Below, one piece after another: positions 1 through 12,735 of a DNA stretch of 64,000 bases (positions are counted from its first letter, which is position 1; each line of letters begins with the position of its first letter). The notes beneath the pieces are model-generated. The model worked only from the letters and a program-made list of their open reading frames with translations. It had not been told where the DNA came from and ran no database searches. Location of the stretch: positions 356,996,001 to 357,060,000 of the forward strand of contig OZ024740.1 in the NCBI GenBank assembly GCA_964016885.1, given 5' to 3'. The position numbers and the translations under genes were made by a program. The DNA comes from Eledone cirrhosa (taxonomy: Eukaryota).

Positions 1-373
1 TCACATATCGACGCCACCTTAAGCAATTGGAGCGTTTCCATCAGATTTGTCTCAGACGGATCCATGGCGTTCACTGGAGGGACCACATCAGTGATGTCGA
101 GATTTTGGAAAGCTCTATGTGTGACAGTATAGAAGCTCTTGTGCTTAAGCAACGACTCCGTTGGAGTGGTCACCTGGAGATGCTACTCATCATGCTTGCC
201 AAACATGTGGTAGAGAATGTAAATCAGCAGGAGGGCTCAAGCGACATGCAAAAGTACACGAACTCCAACCACAGCCGACTATTCCCAGTGAATGTTTTGG
301 TTGCCGACTCTGTGCAAGACATTTTAGATCATTGGCTGGGCTAAAAAGCCACATTAGATCGCAGCACTGTTAG
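1..373 (+). mobile_element. RTE-clade LINE 3' remnant (post-RT region and C-terminal C2H2 zinc fingers)
   Basis: Translation ERFHQICLRRIHGVHWRD...RLRWSGHL is typical of the RTE C-terminal region; a second frame gives CQTCGRECKSAGGLKRHAKVH and CRLCARHFRSLAGLKSHIRSQH. Confidence 0.8.
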
Positions 374-381
374 TTGCTATC

Positions 382-488
382 GTGTGTGTGTGTGTGTGTG
401 TGTAGATATGCTTATGTGCGTGCGTGTGTGTGTATATATATATGAATATGTATATTATTATTGTTGTTGTCGTTATTATTATTATTGC

Positions 489-519
<31 letters not shown>

Positions 520-663
520 GTTATTAATGTACGTGTGTGTATATGTGTGTGTGTATGTGTATTATGTGTGTATGTATATATGTATGTATGTATATATATA
601 TATGTGAAATTAATAAACATTCGTTGTACTGCCTCTCTGTTTTGTCCCTGTTCAAATTTTTCC

Positions 664-704
<41 letters not shown>

Positions 705-752
705 CTTTTTTTTTTATTTATTTATTTATTTATTATTATTTTTTTTTTTTTT
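382..752. repeat. compound microsatellite (GT)n/(ATT)n/(TA)n/poly-T
   Basis: direct reading. Confidence 0.95.
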
Positions 753-798
753 CTTCTCGTGCAATGGCCATACTCGATAACGAGGGGGCAGCCATCAT
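753..798 (+). mobile_element. RTE-type 3' terminal stem-loop fragment followed by degenerate (ATGT)n
   Basis: TGGCCATACTCGATAACGAGGGGGCAGCCATC; near-identical reverse copy at 62078-62149; related to the 3' end of the 600-bp element. Confidence 0.65.
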
Positions 799-847
799 AT
801 ATGTATGTAAGTATTATGCACGTACGTATGTATGGTTTACTGCAAAT

Positions 848-1365
848 GAGCCAGTACTGGAAAGCCTTCCAAGGGAAAAGTAACATGTCTAGACAAGCTC
901 TTCTGATGCTCGAAGGAAGGTGCAGGAAAATCTCAGCTGGAAAAGACTTTCAAAGAATGAAAGGCACGAGTGGAGCACGAACTCCGGGGGCAGTTGCAGG
1001 TGGAGACGATGGGGTGTCTAGGGGTATCGGGCATGTGGATTTGGGAGAGGAAATAGATGGTGGGTGTGCATGATGTGCAGACGATGGTGGGGGGTAGGAT
1101 GGATGAGGTGACGAGTTGTATGGTGGAAGATACTTGTTGGAATTGAGGGATGGGATCGGAAGAGAGGAGACGGTAGAAGAGGGGTTACCAAGCTATCGTA
1201 GATCCACCACCATGTAGAGTTCAGTATGCCACCCCACCACGGCGCCGCCCTAGTCCGCCGATTTGATGACAATGGTGTCGCGGCTTCTGGGGAAGTGGAG
1301 AGCGGTGAGTTCAGCTCGAGAGTGGAAAGCATTTCATTGTATACACAGTCGGTACATCGGAAAAA
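848..1365 (-). mobile_element. possible degraded CR1/Jockey-like LINE 3' remnant
   Basis: minus-strand peptides ...YRL..ELNSPL...RRTRAA and a ...FPAEIF.. segment loosely resemble CR1 C-termini; weak. Confidence 0.3.
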
Positions 1366-2258
1366 TTACCTAGTGGTATTTAGTTTCAATTGACTCATCT
1401 CCCTTTAAGCCAAGTATTCGATTCGTCTTTCGTTCCTTGCGATAGTGATAAAATAAGTACCTGACAAATCACCGAGTTATCATTTCACATCGTTTACCCC
1501 GCTAATGATCTTGATACAGACATGAATATCACTATTGGATATTTTCTTTTCATTACCTTTTAGATCTGAACTGAAAAATGAACTAAATTGTATGACATGA
1601 CAAAGCTCGAAGATCTGTCATCAAAGAATAGTCCATAGCAAACTGTCTTCAATGGCTTATTCGTTAATTAGCACGGATGAGTATATTGCTAGTTATAAAG
1701 TTTTGAAAGATGCTATGGTTTACTTATAGCATCTAACACTCAGGCAAGTTGTATTAGAGAAGGGTTATATAATCCGATTTAATGATCAAAATGTAGAGTA
1801 AGGAGTAGGTTTCTCCTGACCTGGACTCGTAATAACATTTCCGTAACGTTACTGTTTAAAGTTAACTCCTTACTCTTATACAGAAAATGTGGGAGGAACG
1901 TGGGAACGTTACACATTCCCATAAAAGAATATGTCACGTTTACTTTGTAAATCAACAAAATGTAATCTTCTTTAAGTAAGTTAAAAAAATATCTTCTATC
2001 TTTTTTAATTAAAACTAAATGTTAATGCAGAGGTTAAATGGTTATTTTAAGTATAAAGGTTAATTATATAGATCACCTATCATACAAAACATTGTGCTTT
2101 CTCTATATATATTTCATATTTTCTATTTCGATAATGTAATTCCCTTACAGCAATATAAGTGTGAAGAATCCCAATTCGATTTACTGTCAAATGATTTTTT
2201 ATTTAAAATTAACTTGGTTATGCTTTACCTAGAATGACTGTACAACATTTTAATTGCA

Positions 2259-2369
<111 letters not shown>

Positions 2370-2443
2370 GGGTTCAATCGGGGGTAACCACAGTAAGTAA
2401 GGTACTCAATACATAACAGAGTATAAATATTTAATATAGAAAT

Positions 2444-2495
2444 GGCTTCTACAGGACTAGAACTGTTTCTTTGAAAGGAAACCATCAGGAAAGCC
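2444..2495 (-). ncRNA. degenerate type I hammerhead ribozyme motif (A9G)
   Basis: minus strand GGCTTTC-CTGATGG-TTTCCTTTCAAA-GAAA-CAGttctagtcCTG-TA-GAAGCC; inverted sister copy at 2662-2706. Confidence 0.55.
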
Positions 2496-2661
2496 GACTG
2501 TTAATGTGATATGGTGGTATTTATACATTTTCTGTTGGTAGGGGAAGGTGGTGATTGAGATGGGTGGGGGTCATTGGCTGATGGATTTAAAGAATGGGGG
2601 AGTTCTTTGAAAAGCTATATTCAGAGAAAAATACAATACAGTGATACAGAATGATATAAAT

Positions 2662-2706
2662 GCTTTCCTTAAGAGTTCCTTCGAATGAAACAGTCCTGTA
2701 GAATCC
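2662..2706 (+). ncRNA. degenerate type I hammerhead motif (G5U), inverted partner of 2444-2495
   Basis: GCTTTC-CTTAAGA-GTTCcttcGAAT-GAAA-CAGtcCTG-TA-GAATCC. Confidence 0.5.
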
Positions 2707-2716
2707 ATTTCTATAT

Positions 2717-2775
<59 letters not shown>

Positions 2776-4255
2776 CTATATTACATATATATATTACATA
2801 TATATATATATATATATGGGATATAATTACGGTATGTGCGCATTTCTTCTAAGTTTAATTTTACTACTAATTGTGTGTGGTTGAAGGTATATTTGGTCGA
2901 AGTCTACATGCTGTCGAAATGTTCGATAAATAATGGAACGGGGCTGCCGCGAAGAGGCTACTGTCGATTGTTTGTCAGAGATTTCCCCATAAGAAAATTT
3001 ATTCTTAAAGCTTGCTAGATTTGATTTTGTATATGGTTAATTATGCTAATTAGAAGAAGAAATAGTATATATTTTAATATCTGATGATTCTAAAGACATG
3101 TGGGTAGGCTGCGCAAATAAACATCTGTACACCAACTATGCATCTCAGACCCTGCCTGAATTGACAATGGTAAAGTAGCACCCACAAATTAGTAATGGAA
3201 AACCACCATCATGTGAACGTGTAATAAGCCCTTTGGGGACAATTATTCAAACACCGGCCAGAGTTACTCCCCTTGCTCTGTGACAATAAGAACGTGTATG
3301 TTTGAACTAAGAATGAACTTTGATGTATGTATCACTTTAAAACCGCTTCTGGGTCCTGTACTGCGATGGTCGCCAACATAGGTTCCGTGGAACCTTGGGG
3401 TTCCGTAAAACAAACTCCGGGTTCCTTAAAAAAATAAATATTTACCATTAATATTTTGGGTTTTCTGAAAAAGGTGCAAAGAAAATGCCAAAAGTGCAAT
3501 GTATAAATGAACGAGTACTATTGTAGTTTACACAGGTTCTCCACTCCAATTCGTGGAAAACTCTACTTTCAGTTTCTCACTTGAATTAGCAGAAAAACAC
3601 TGTTCTGAGATTCGTGAAAATTGAATACTTTCAATTTCACATCAATTCTTGGAAACACATAGTTTTCTGAATTCCGAGAATTTGACTACTACTGATAATA
3701 CACTAATTGAACTTAAAAATTGACCAATCACGAACAAGTAAATGTTGGTCGATAACAGCATAACTTTAAACTGAAAACTTCAGTTCAGCGAGGTCTTTCA
3801 GCCGAGAGACAGGGTCAGTTCGCTGTTCTCACAACGTAAGTTCAGTAGAATGTTTTCAATAGAAAACACGTTTTAATCTGCTGTCCTCACAAAAGCTTTA
3901 AAGTCGCCTAAAGTTTCCTCACAGAGTGAACTCGCTTACTAGTCGTTTTCAACATGCATCCAGTTCTACAGACAATTCTAAATAAGAACACGTTATATTC
4001 TGTTGTACTTTGCACAGAAAATATAACGCCTGTAAAGTTTCGACTACTAACAAAGGTAATTTTGTATTCCATGCATACACTATAAACTTTGCCACACAAT
4101 TATGTATTCATTTGATGACATCTGCATTCACAATTGAGAAATTACTTTATACAATAAATATATATGTCCACAAACATTTGACTAAACTTTATTTGTTCCG
4201 ATCTAATATATGTTTAACGCAGCCTAAAACCTTCTTATATTATATCTAACTTTGA

Positions 4256-4349
4256 AGGTTGACTTTGCCTTTCATCCTTACGGGGTCGATGAAATAAAGT
4301 ACCAGTAATGCACTGGGTAATTGCTGGCCTTGTGCCTAAAGTAGAAACA
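4256..4349 (+). mobile_element. 5'-truncated SINE inserted in the hAT element
   Basis: matches the 3' half of the abundant SINE; 17-bp TSD ATTATATCTAACTTTGA at 4239-4255 and 4350-4366. Confidence 0.88.
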
Positions 4350-4818
4350 ATTATATCTAACTTTGAGTCAAAATAGATAGAAGATATCTGAATTAATTTC
4401 CAATACCATCGTCACATCTTCTACACTATCAGCTGATTTGCATTTTTTGCACCTTTTAGTATGGCAGATATTTAAATATATTTACATTACCAATAATATT
4501 TAATACGACCCTAAAGTAGTATATGCAGGAAGTGCTGGACTCTGAAAAAGATTTCTTCTAGTTGCTTATAAATTTGCACCTTTTTCAGTAACCCCTAATA
4601 TTTTAATATTATTATAAGACTCTAAATAATATGTTTGCCATCCTAAAATGGAGAAATTTCAATTTTTAAAAATTAAATTTTTTTTTAACTAGTTAAGTTT
4701 TTCCAAATATCTAAAATTAAAGTTAATTTAAGTACTTTTTGTAATAAAAAAAATTAATTTCTCTTGTTTATTAATGTCATATTAAAAATGTTAACTGTAG
4801 ACAAATAACCTTGATATA

Positions 4819-6699
4819 ATGTCTACTGCAAAGAAGCTGAAGTTAGATACCAGCAGTAAGGTTAGACAGTGGTGTGATGATTATGTTAGATATAGATTTC
4901 AAAAAGCTGACACTAAAAAAGATACACCAGATCAGCCCATGTGTTTGCTATGTTCAAAAGTTCTATCAAATAGCTGTTTAAATCCTGCAAAACTTAAAAG
5001 ACACATTGATACTAATCACACCAATGATAAAAGCAAGTCACTGGAATACTTTACTTCGCTGAAAAACAACATAAAAAAATCACAAGCTAATATGTATGAC
5101 TTGTTTTGTAAAAAGTCAGATAGAAATAAAGCTTTAATACGAACATCTTTTGAAATTTCACATTTGATTAAAACAGGAAACCATTTACATTAGGAGAACA
5201 GTTAATTCTGCCAAGTATAAAAATTGCTACAGAGAATCTTTTTGAAAGCTGCAGTATTAAGGACAAAGAAAAATTAAGCCAGTTACCATTGTCAGCAAAT
5301 ACCGTAAAAAGAAGGATAATTGATATTTCTTCTGATATAGATACTAACTGCACTAAAGAAAAGCACATTATTTGGTCTGCAAGTGGACGAAACTACGGAT
5401 ATTAATAACAAGGCTCAATTAATTTGCTATGTACGGTTTGTAGACCTTGATAAAAAAGAATTAGTAGAAGAGTATTTGTTTTGTCTAGTATTAGACATCA
5501 CAACTAAAGGTCAAGATATATTCAATAAAATTGAAGAGTATTTCTTTTAAAATGGTGTATCTTGGAGCAAGTTGACTTCAATAACAACAGATGGAGCAGC
5601 TGCAATGACTGGTAAAAATTCTGGTTTGATTGCAAAAATTAAAGAACAGACCCCAAATTGTATTTCAAATCATTATATGATTCATTGAGAGGTTTTGTGT
5701 TCAAAAAAATTCAAAGACAGAGATACTCAAATATTAAATGACCAGCTGAAAGACATTGTCAAAATTATCAATTTGATGCCTGCAAGAGCAAAAAATTCTA
5801 GAATGTTTGAATCTATTTGTGAATCTTCTGGAGGTAATTATAATAGATTGTTATTGAACAATGATGTGCGTTGGCTGTCTTTTGTGGATGCTATGAAGAG
5901 AGTTTTTGAACTGAGAGAAGAAATGATAGTTTTTCTAAAAAAAGAGAATGATGAAAGAGCAAGTGTATTAGAAACCAATGAATGGAATGTGCAATTCGCT
6001 TATTTAGAAGACATTTTTGGTGAACTGAACAAACTAAATAAGTGTCTTCAGGGTAACAATGCAGATATTTTTACTTCAATCAATTTTATTACATATTTTC
6101 AATCAAAATTAAACATCTTTATAAAAAGAATTGAATCGGACAATTACTCATTACTTTCAAACCTTGAAATGGAGCTTAAAAAGAGAGAAGATTTTGACTC
6201 CAGCAATCTAAAGAAGATTATTCTTTCTCATTTAAATGTGCTTTCCACAAGTTTTTCAGATTACTTTGACTTGATGGAAAAAGATATTGTTAGCGGAAAT
6301 TTATGGATAAAAAACCCGTTCACCGAGATCGAGCAGTTAGTGTCAGAAAATGACGCTGTAAATTGTAAAGATTTACTACCTGCACAACGCTTACATCAGT
6401 TGATGGATTTGAATTCAAACGAAGACCTGAAAGTGATATTCGAAAGCAGAAAGAAAGAACTGTGGATCGACCTATTCTTGATTGGGTAGTTTAATGAAAT
6501 CAGCCAACTTGCATTGAAATATTTGACTTTATTCCCATCTAGCTACTTGTGCGAAGGGTTTTCGCAGTTGGTAGAAATCTGCACAAGGAAGATGAATAAA
6601 CTGTCAGCAATTGACGAGTGTATGAGACTGGCATTAACTAGTGTTGAACCTCGATTTTCTAAACTCACTGATGAGGCGCAGCAGCAGAAAAGCCACTAG
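4819..6699 (+). pseudogene. hAT (Buster/ZBED-like) transposase pseudogene
   Basis: BED finger CLLC..KLKRHIDTNH, LQVDETTD, TTDGAAAM, RWLS, YLCE.FS, terminal QKSH; broken by frameshifts and stops. Confidence 0.92.
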
Positions 6700-6870
6700 T
6701 TCGATTACATACACACGCATGAAACACTAAAATAAATAAATACTTTATTATTTTTTTTTGAAAAGTTTTGTATTGTATAGGTTCCGTGAAGAATTCAAAA
6801 TACTTAGAGGGTTCCTCGGTTTTAGAAAGGTTGGAGACCACTGCTGTACTGAACACTCTGTAGTTTCTAT

Positions 6871-6911
6871 GCCCTTGAGAAGCCCTTTTCGGGCGAAACG
6901 TACATAGGTGC
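6871..6911 (+). ncRNA. minimal hammerhead-like motif with U3-A8 core variant
   Basis: GCCC-TTGAGAA-GCCCttttcGGGC-GAAA-CGTACA-TA-GG(T)GC. Confidence 0.5.
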
Positions 6912-7185
6912 TTTTATATAAACATGTTCTGACAGTATATATTCTCCTTTGTAATCCTTTCATTTGTAACCGCTCTGCTTATTTTCTCGCCCGCTAAATA
7001 TTAACGCTTCCAATATTTAACCCTGTAGGCCCAAGTATTGAGCACAAAATGTACAACCTTTTGGCAACTAACTATATGTATCGCTTATCCCTTTAAACCT
7101 CTTCTTCTCTCTCACGATACTTAAATATTCTATATATATATATACAGCTTTTTAGAATCCAATATCAATAAATGCACCAGGATTT

Positions 7186-7233
7186 TTTCATTCTGATGAT
7201 TGAAAGCTTTTAAGAAACCACTGGTAAATGGAA
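7186..7233 (+). ncRNA. minimal type I hammerhead ribozyme (Penelope-like element terminus)
   Basis: TTTCATT-CTGATGA-TTGAAAGCTTTTAA-GAAA-CCACTGG-TA-AATGGAA; intact core, 7-bp stem I; fragment bounded by (TA)n. Confidence 0.75.
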
Positions 7234-7323
7234 TAATTGCCTTATGTTGTTTATTACATAACTATTAAGCTCTGTTACCTACATAGAGCACTCTTTTTTC
7301 CTGGACTTTTCCGACGGAATTAC

Positions 7324-7367
<44 letters not shown>

Positions 7368-7370
<3 letters not shown>

Positions 7371-7573
7371 CAACTAGAAATTGATTAACATATAAATAAA
7401 CATATGAAACAATCATAGGGGATAATTTTTACAAGTGTGTAAGCGCACATAGCTAGGTAGGTAACTAAATAAAGTTAACTAGAACTTCAAAAATAGATAC
7501 CTTATAATATGATTATGTTTGTTTCATATGTTTCATATGTTTATTTATATGTTAATCAATTTCTAGTTGTTAT
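7368..7573. repeat. ~45-bp inverted repeat in a (TA)n-bounded fragment (PLE-like fold-back)
   Basis: TAACAACTAGAAATTGATTAACATATAAATAAACATATGAAAC and its reverse complement. Confidence 0.8.
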
Positions 7574-7677
7574 AAAATGCTCGGACCTATTCATTAGAAT
7601 CTTAGAGCTTATTTTACGGGTGATATGGCACCCATAATTTTGATTTAGATTAAATTCACTTTGATTTATCTTAATTT

Positions 7678-7723
<46 letters not shown>

Positions 7724-7796
7724 ACATATGAGGGACTAAACTCTGTGAGTGAACACCGTTAATTTTTTCCCTCATATCAAGGATTTGAAGACAATT

Positions 7797-7884
7797 CATT
7801 TTCACCTGACGAGATCAGTGATAATCGATCATGACTACACGATCGATCTATCTCTTATTGAAACATGTGTCGTGATTAAAATGA
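7797..7884 (+). ncRNA. type I hammerhead ribozyme with long stem II
   Basis: TCAC-CTGACGA-[GAT..GATA ATCGATC..GATCGAT C TATC..ATT]-GAAA-CATGTG-TC-GTGA; GUC triplet; stem I extendable TCATTT/AAATGA. Confidence 0.75.
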
Positions 7885-8285
7885 TTGGAAATTTATACCA
7901 TGCCTTCGGATCTTTATTTTGATATAAATACTCTGTCTTACATCATCTAGCTGTTCCCATAAATGGAATTGGAGATATACAAAAGCGTGGAGAACTTAAT
8001 ATTGCTAACAAATATTTTATTGGACCCTTTGACACAACCAATAATACACCTTACTATATAACAACTATATATATACATATATATATCAAAATTAAGCTAG
8101 AAAAACCTCATTTTATGGGCGTATAAACAAGGTAGGCAAAAGGAGTTTTTAATCTAAATTTGCTTGTATATATAGATCTCCCTACCACAGTTTCATATAG
8201 GGAAGAATTCTTATTGGAACCACCAATAATATATAATATTGCTTCTCTGAGATGTTTAAGTATTAACGACTGATAAACCTTTAAT

Positions 8286-8318
<33 letters not shown>

Positions 8319-9115
8319 ATGTGTGTGTGTGTGTGTATAAGATCTGCTTGTCTTAAAACATCATCGATATTTCTAAATGAATCATTGCAAACTTCGTTAG
8401 AAAGATTCAGATTCATTCCAGAATCTTCTCTGAAAAAACTTTTCCACTCCAATATCACGAATTTAGGAGGCATGAAGATATTTTTTAATAAAAAAAAAGT
8501 TGTTTATTAAGTATGAACATTCTATTGGGGTGGAATGGTAGTGTCACAGAAAAAAGAAGGGAGTTGAGAAAGGAGGAAAACAAATATCATTTATAACTCT
8601 TTGTATGCTTTTTATAAACAACTTGAATATTTCTACAAGTACATTGTACCTGTTGAAGTATCCATCCACTTCTATAATTATTCTCCTTATGTAGAGAACA
8701 AAACGTTGAATAATGCTGCTAATTTTAGTGGCAATTCGACATGTTTATAATATCCAGCTTTTATCAGCGACCTGATTATGCGTGTGTCATTTTAACGGGC
8801 AGGGAGCATAATATTTACTTGCTATTAGGCTTGATACCTTATGGCGTGGAAATAGGGCTGTCTGAAGATTCATTTCTTTCCATTGGAAATTCGTTGGATT
8901 TTCGATCTTTCGGAATGATGAAACTGTCGGTAACAGCATCTGAACAGGTGATTATTTAATCATTTTTTAATTTATTTAGAAAATTGTTTAATAACCGCTT
9001 GCTTCGCTACTTTTATATTGTTCTGGTATCTCGAATTAGTGCCATTGAACCACATGTATTATAAATAACTTGAATATTTCTACAAGTACACTGTACCTGT
9101 TGAAGTATCCATCCA

Positions 9116-9300
<185 letters not shown>

Positions 9301-9372
9301 AAGTGCATACTTATGCGTGGGCCTACATCTTATAAAAATACTTTATTTTTACTATTACTAATAACCTCCGTA

Positions 9373-9955
9373 TGGCGGTGGATTGGCAGTATCGGTAGAG
9401 AGTCGGACACCATGCTTTGCAGCATAGAGTTACGGTCCTTTACGGTCTGATTTCAAATCCCACCGAGGTTAACTTTGCCTTTCATCCTTACGGGGGTCGA
9501 TAAAGTAAAGCACTAGTAACGTACTGGAGTCAATTTAATCGACTTCCCCTCCCCCAAAATTACTGGCCGTGTGCCTATCCTCTGTGGATTGGCAGTGTCG
9601 GTAGAGGGTCGGACGCTATGCTTTGACGCAAAGAGTTACGGCCCTTCCCATTCTGAGTTCAAATCCCGCCGAGTTTAACTTTGCCTTTCATCCTTACGGA
9701 GTCGATAAAATAAAGTACCAGTAATACACTGGGTAATTTGCTGGCCTTGTGCCAAAAGTAGAAACAATTATTAATAACATCTGTCATTTTCGTTTAATAA
9801 TGTTATTTACATTATAGAGTTACGGCCGTTGCCATTCTGAGTTCAAATCCCACCGAGGTTAACTTTGCCTTTCATCCATACGGGGTCGATAAAATAAAGT
9901 ACCAGTAATGCACTAGGTAATTGCTGGCCTTGTGCCAAAAGTAGAAACAATTATT
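9373..9955 (+). mobile_element. cluster of three tRNA-derived SINE copies
   Basis: A-box-like TGGCAGTATCGG, B-box GAGTTCAAATCC, central GCCTTTCATCCTTACGGGGTCGATAAAATAAAGTACCAG (resembles the Meta-SINE domain), tail GTAGAAACAATTATT. Confidence 0.88.
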
Positions 9956-10213
9956 CTCAAACTCCGGAACTGTAAATCATTCGGTTATTCTAAATAGAAT
10001 ATTAGTGTAATGATTTCTTTTATAGCATAAATGTGTTTTTGTCTTTGCAAGAAATTATTCTTCTCGCTCCACATAACGACGTAATTATCCTCGTGTATTT
10101 TCCGTCAATTGCTAGGGAACGTCTTCACGATCTAAAGTATCATCTTCCCGTTTTCCTTCGGTTGTAACGTTTTTCGAAATATTTACTTCTGCGTCCACAG
10201 ATTGTTTTTTTTT

Positions 10214-10790
10214 AGTTTCAGAAGATCCCGTTAAAGGTGAAAGCAGCGATTCTTTGCTTTTGAATCAATATGCAGAAACAACATCTTAATATTTCTACGA
10301 AAAAGATTCGTTCCTTAAAAGGTTGCGTTAGTGCACCTTCTATTTCGACAACCAGGATAAAGCGAACAGGAACCAGGGTAAATATGGGTTTAAAACATAT
10401 AATAACGCTCCAAGCAACCCAGCTTTATTACCTTTCAAAAACGACAACTGGAATTCATACGGAGAATCAAATTTCGAAACAGATGCAATTCCTTTCAACA
10501 TGATTTGAAGAATAGAATTCGATTTATAAAGGATTCTAATACCACGCATGTTCACTCCGATAAAACTAGCAATCTATGCCAAATAGAGAGGAGAACTTAC
10601 CATCAACTGCTACATAAGATTACTGTGACCAAGAATTGCCGGAAAATCGATCCGAGTGTTATTAACGACATCAACGATGCTGGTTTAAAAATTACTGGAC
10701 CCTATTTCCCCTGAAGAATCATAAACACAATTTCGCTAACAACCCATCTATTCAGCTTATTAACCCTACTAAGTCTGATTTAGGTAGACT
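10214..10790 (+). mobile_element. Penelope-like element RT remnant preceded by a hammerhead-like motif
   Basis: peptides SDKTSNL..Y.QLL.KIT...RKID...INDIN and NHKHNFANNPSIQLINPTKSDLGR match the PLE RT N-terminal DKT...RLINP motifs. Confidence 0.75.
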
Positions 10791-11040
10791 TAAAATGCTC
10801 TAACCTATGGTGTATTCTGCCATAAATATTTATTAATTAATTAATTATGTCCCCAAATGTATTTGTGTCGTGCATATTAGACTGACTAAATTAATATAGC
10901 AACGCTATATACGTATATGCCAAACAGAATTTAGAATATATTTGAAATAGTCAGTATAATTTGCTTGACTGATAAGGAGAGAAAAAGACTCTGAAATCCA
11001 TAAAATAATAATTTATGTAAAGAGGAACAGTTGAAAGTGT

Positions 11041-11228
11041 GGTGGATTGGCAGTATCGGTAGAGGGTCGGACGCCATGCTTTCTAGCATAGTTACGTCCC
11101 TTTACGATCTGAGTTCAAATCCCGCCGAGGTTGACTTTGCCTTTCATCCTGACGGGGTCGATAAAATAAAGTACCAGTAATGCACTGGGTAATTGCTGGC
11201 CTTGTGCCTAAAGTAGAAACAATTATTA
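11041..11228 (+). mobile_element. full-length tRNA-derived SINE
   Basis: same family as 9373-9955. Confidence 0.9.
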
Positions 11229-11370
11229 TTTTTTGTTTGTTTGTTTTTTTTCGTAGCGAAGGCATCCAATTTCGTAACTGGCTATATCTACTTTAAAGTT
11301 ACCTAAAGTCTTGTCGTATATGCCGTGTTTATATATGTCTGTGAGTGTATGTGTATATAAATATATATAT

Positions 11371-11401
<31 letters not shown>

Positions 11402-11403
<2 letters not shown>

Positions 11404-11820
11404 GGAAAATATTAGACCCCAACGGCAGAGCTCAAGCCGTTTCGATGGCTATTTCTCTGGGTCCAGAAATAGCCGTCGAAACGGCTTGAGCTCTGCCGTC
11501 GGGGTCTAACATTTTCCTATATATATATATATAACGAAGGAAATGTGGTCTACTACGGGAATAGGAGCTAGATAATGAAGGAAATGTGGTAAGGAACCAG
11601 GTGGACCATAACGCACCAAAGTACTCAATACTTAGAGTAGTAGAGTGGGTAATAGGAACTAGTAGGACCCCGACGGCTGAGCTCAAGTCGTTTCGACGGC
11701 TAATTCTGGACTAAAATGCTTTTTATATATATATATATTCCTATTACCTACTCTACTACCCTAAGTATTGAGTACTCTGGTGCGTTATGGTCCATCTGAT
11801 TCCTTATCACACTTTCTTCG

Positions 11821-11822
<2 letters not shown>
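11402..11822. repeat. nested inverted repeats in (TA)n (PLE-like termini) carrying the 3' half of a hammerhead
   Basis: palindrome 11402-11521; GAAA-CGGCttgagctctGCCG-TC-GGGGTC at 11478-11506; second inverted pair ~11575-11660 / 11737-11820. Confidence 0.75.
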
Positions 11823-11857
<35 letters not shown>

Positions 11858-12399
11858 AAAAAGCAGTATATATTTGGTACATGAAAAGAGCCGAGTAGCC
11901 CAGCTAGTACTCTTTGCATTAAGAAATATTTTAAATCCTATTGTATAATATTTTATTTCTCTTAACCCTCAGACTCTAAATGACTAAAACAATTGTCATT
12001 TAAACGAATTAAGTTGAAAACCATTTCCAGGAGGGAAATAATTTGACTGCTCAGCATATGTGACAATCATGAAAAACATTTTTTCTCGATTGATTGAAAA
12101 GCATTTGAGAATTTGGAGTAAAGGCAATATCGTCAGACTGGACTGTCGAAATTAAATATTGTAGGGAATTTAATAAAAAATTCGACCATTTCTGTCAACT
12201 TACGATCTAATGTATCTCTTAATGAACGCTGACGGGGAACTAAACAGCAACTTACAGTCCATATTCGAAAGAATAATTTAACTATTAACGTTCTTTACTA
12301 AATGAAACCGTATTAGGATGACATTCCTGAAAAGTACAAAAACACCACCATACATCACATTAAAGATTAAAATCTTTGCTCTAATACTTTGCAGTAACA

Positions 12400-12735
12400 T
12401 TACTCTATAAAGTACATCGCACGGATATCAGAGAGTCACTCCAGATAGAGCTGCTACTTCTCCTAATTAAGAGATCACAGCTGCGATACTATGAGCATGT
12501 GGTTAGAATGTCTCAGGGAAGAATCGCTGGGCAGATCTCACGGGCAAAACCAACCGGTAGGAGATCTGGGGGTTGACCCCGAGCGAGATGGCTAGATGGC
12601 ATCTATGAGCTTGGCTGGTCTCGCTTGGGGATCCAGCCGGATCAGTTGGAGACGGTTGCTACTGGCAGGACTCGCTGGAAGGAGTGTTTGAGGACTCTGC
12701 CCCCACGACCCTCGCAGGAATAAATGAGCGAAGAA
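12400..12735 (+). mobile_element. RTE (Expander/Rex3-like) LINE 3' remnant
   Basis: IKRSQLRYYEHVVRM...GRR..G.PRARW.DGI..L.W.RLGI translation. Confidence 0.8.

Larger units (their letters stand above)
3364..6843 (+). mobile_element. hAT DNA transposon, Buster/Charlie group, complete but decayed
   Basis: TIRs CGATGGTCGCCAAC / GTTGGAGACCACTG; 8-bp TSD CTGTACTG (3356-3363, 6844-6851) with central TA typical of Buster; subterminal GGTTCC/GGAACC repeats; internal transposase. Confidence 0.93.

Noticed and set aside
161-373. host C2H2 zinc-finger gene
   Set aside because: Contiguous with RTE post-RT sequence; it is the LINE C-terminus
354-1073. ORFs rich in YI/CV/HT/MYVC repeats here and throughout the window
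   Set aside because: They are translations of stop-free microsatellites, not genes
6664-6702. CTGATGA...GAAA as a hammerhead
   Set aside because: Lies in transposase coding sequence; stems I and II do not pair
8285-8473. possible host exon (MPPKFVILEWK...)
   Set aside because: No recognisable domain or partner exons; runs into a microsatellite
9585-9672. tRNA genes at GTTCAAATCC boxes
   Set aside because: They are SINE heads without a complete cloverleaf and run into the SINE body
10969-11005. CTGATAA-GGAG..CTCT-GAAA motif (similar one near 52464)
   Set aside because: G8 is lost and the remaining stems or core are weak; too degenerate to call
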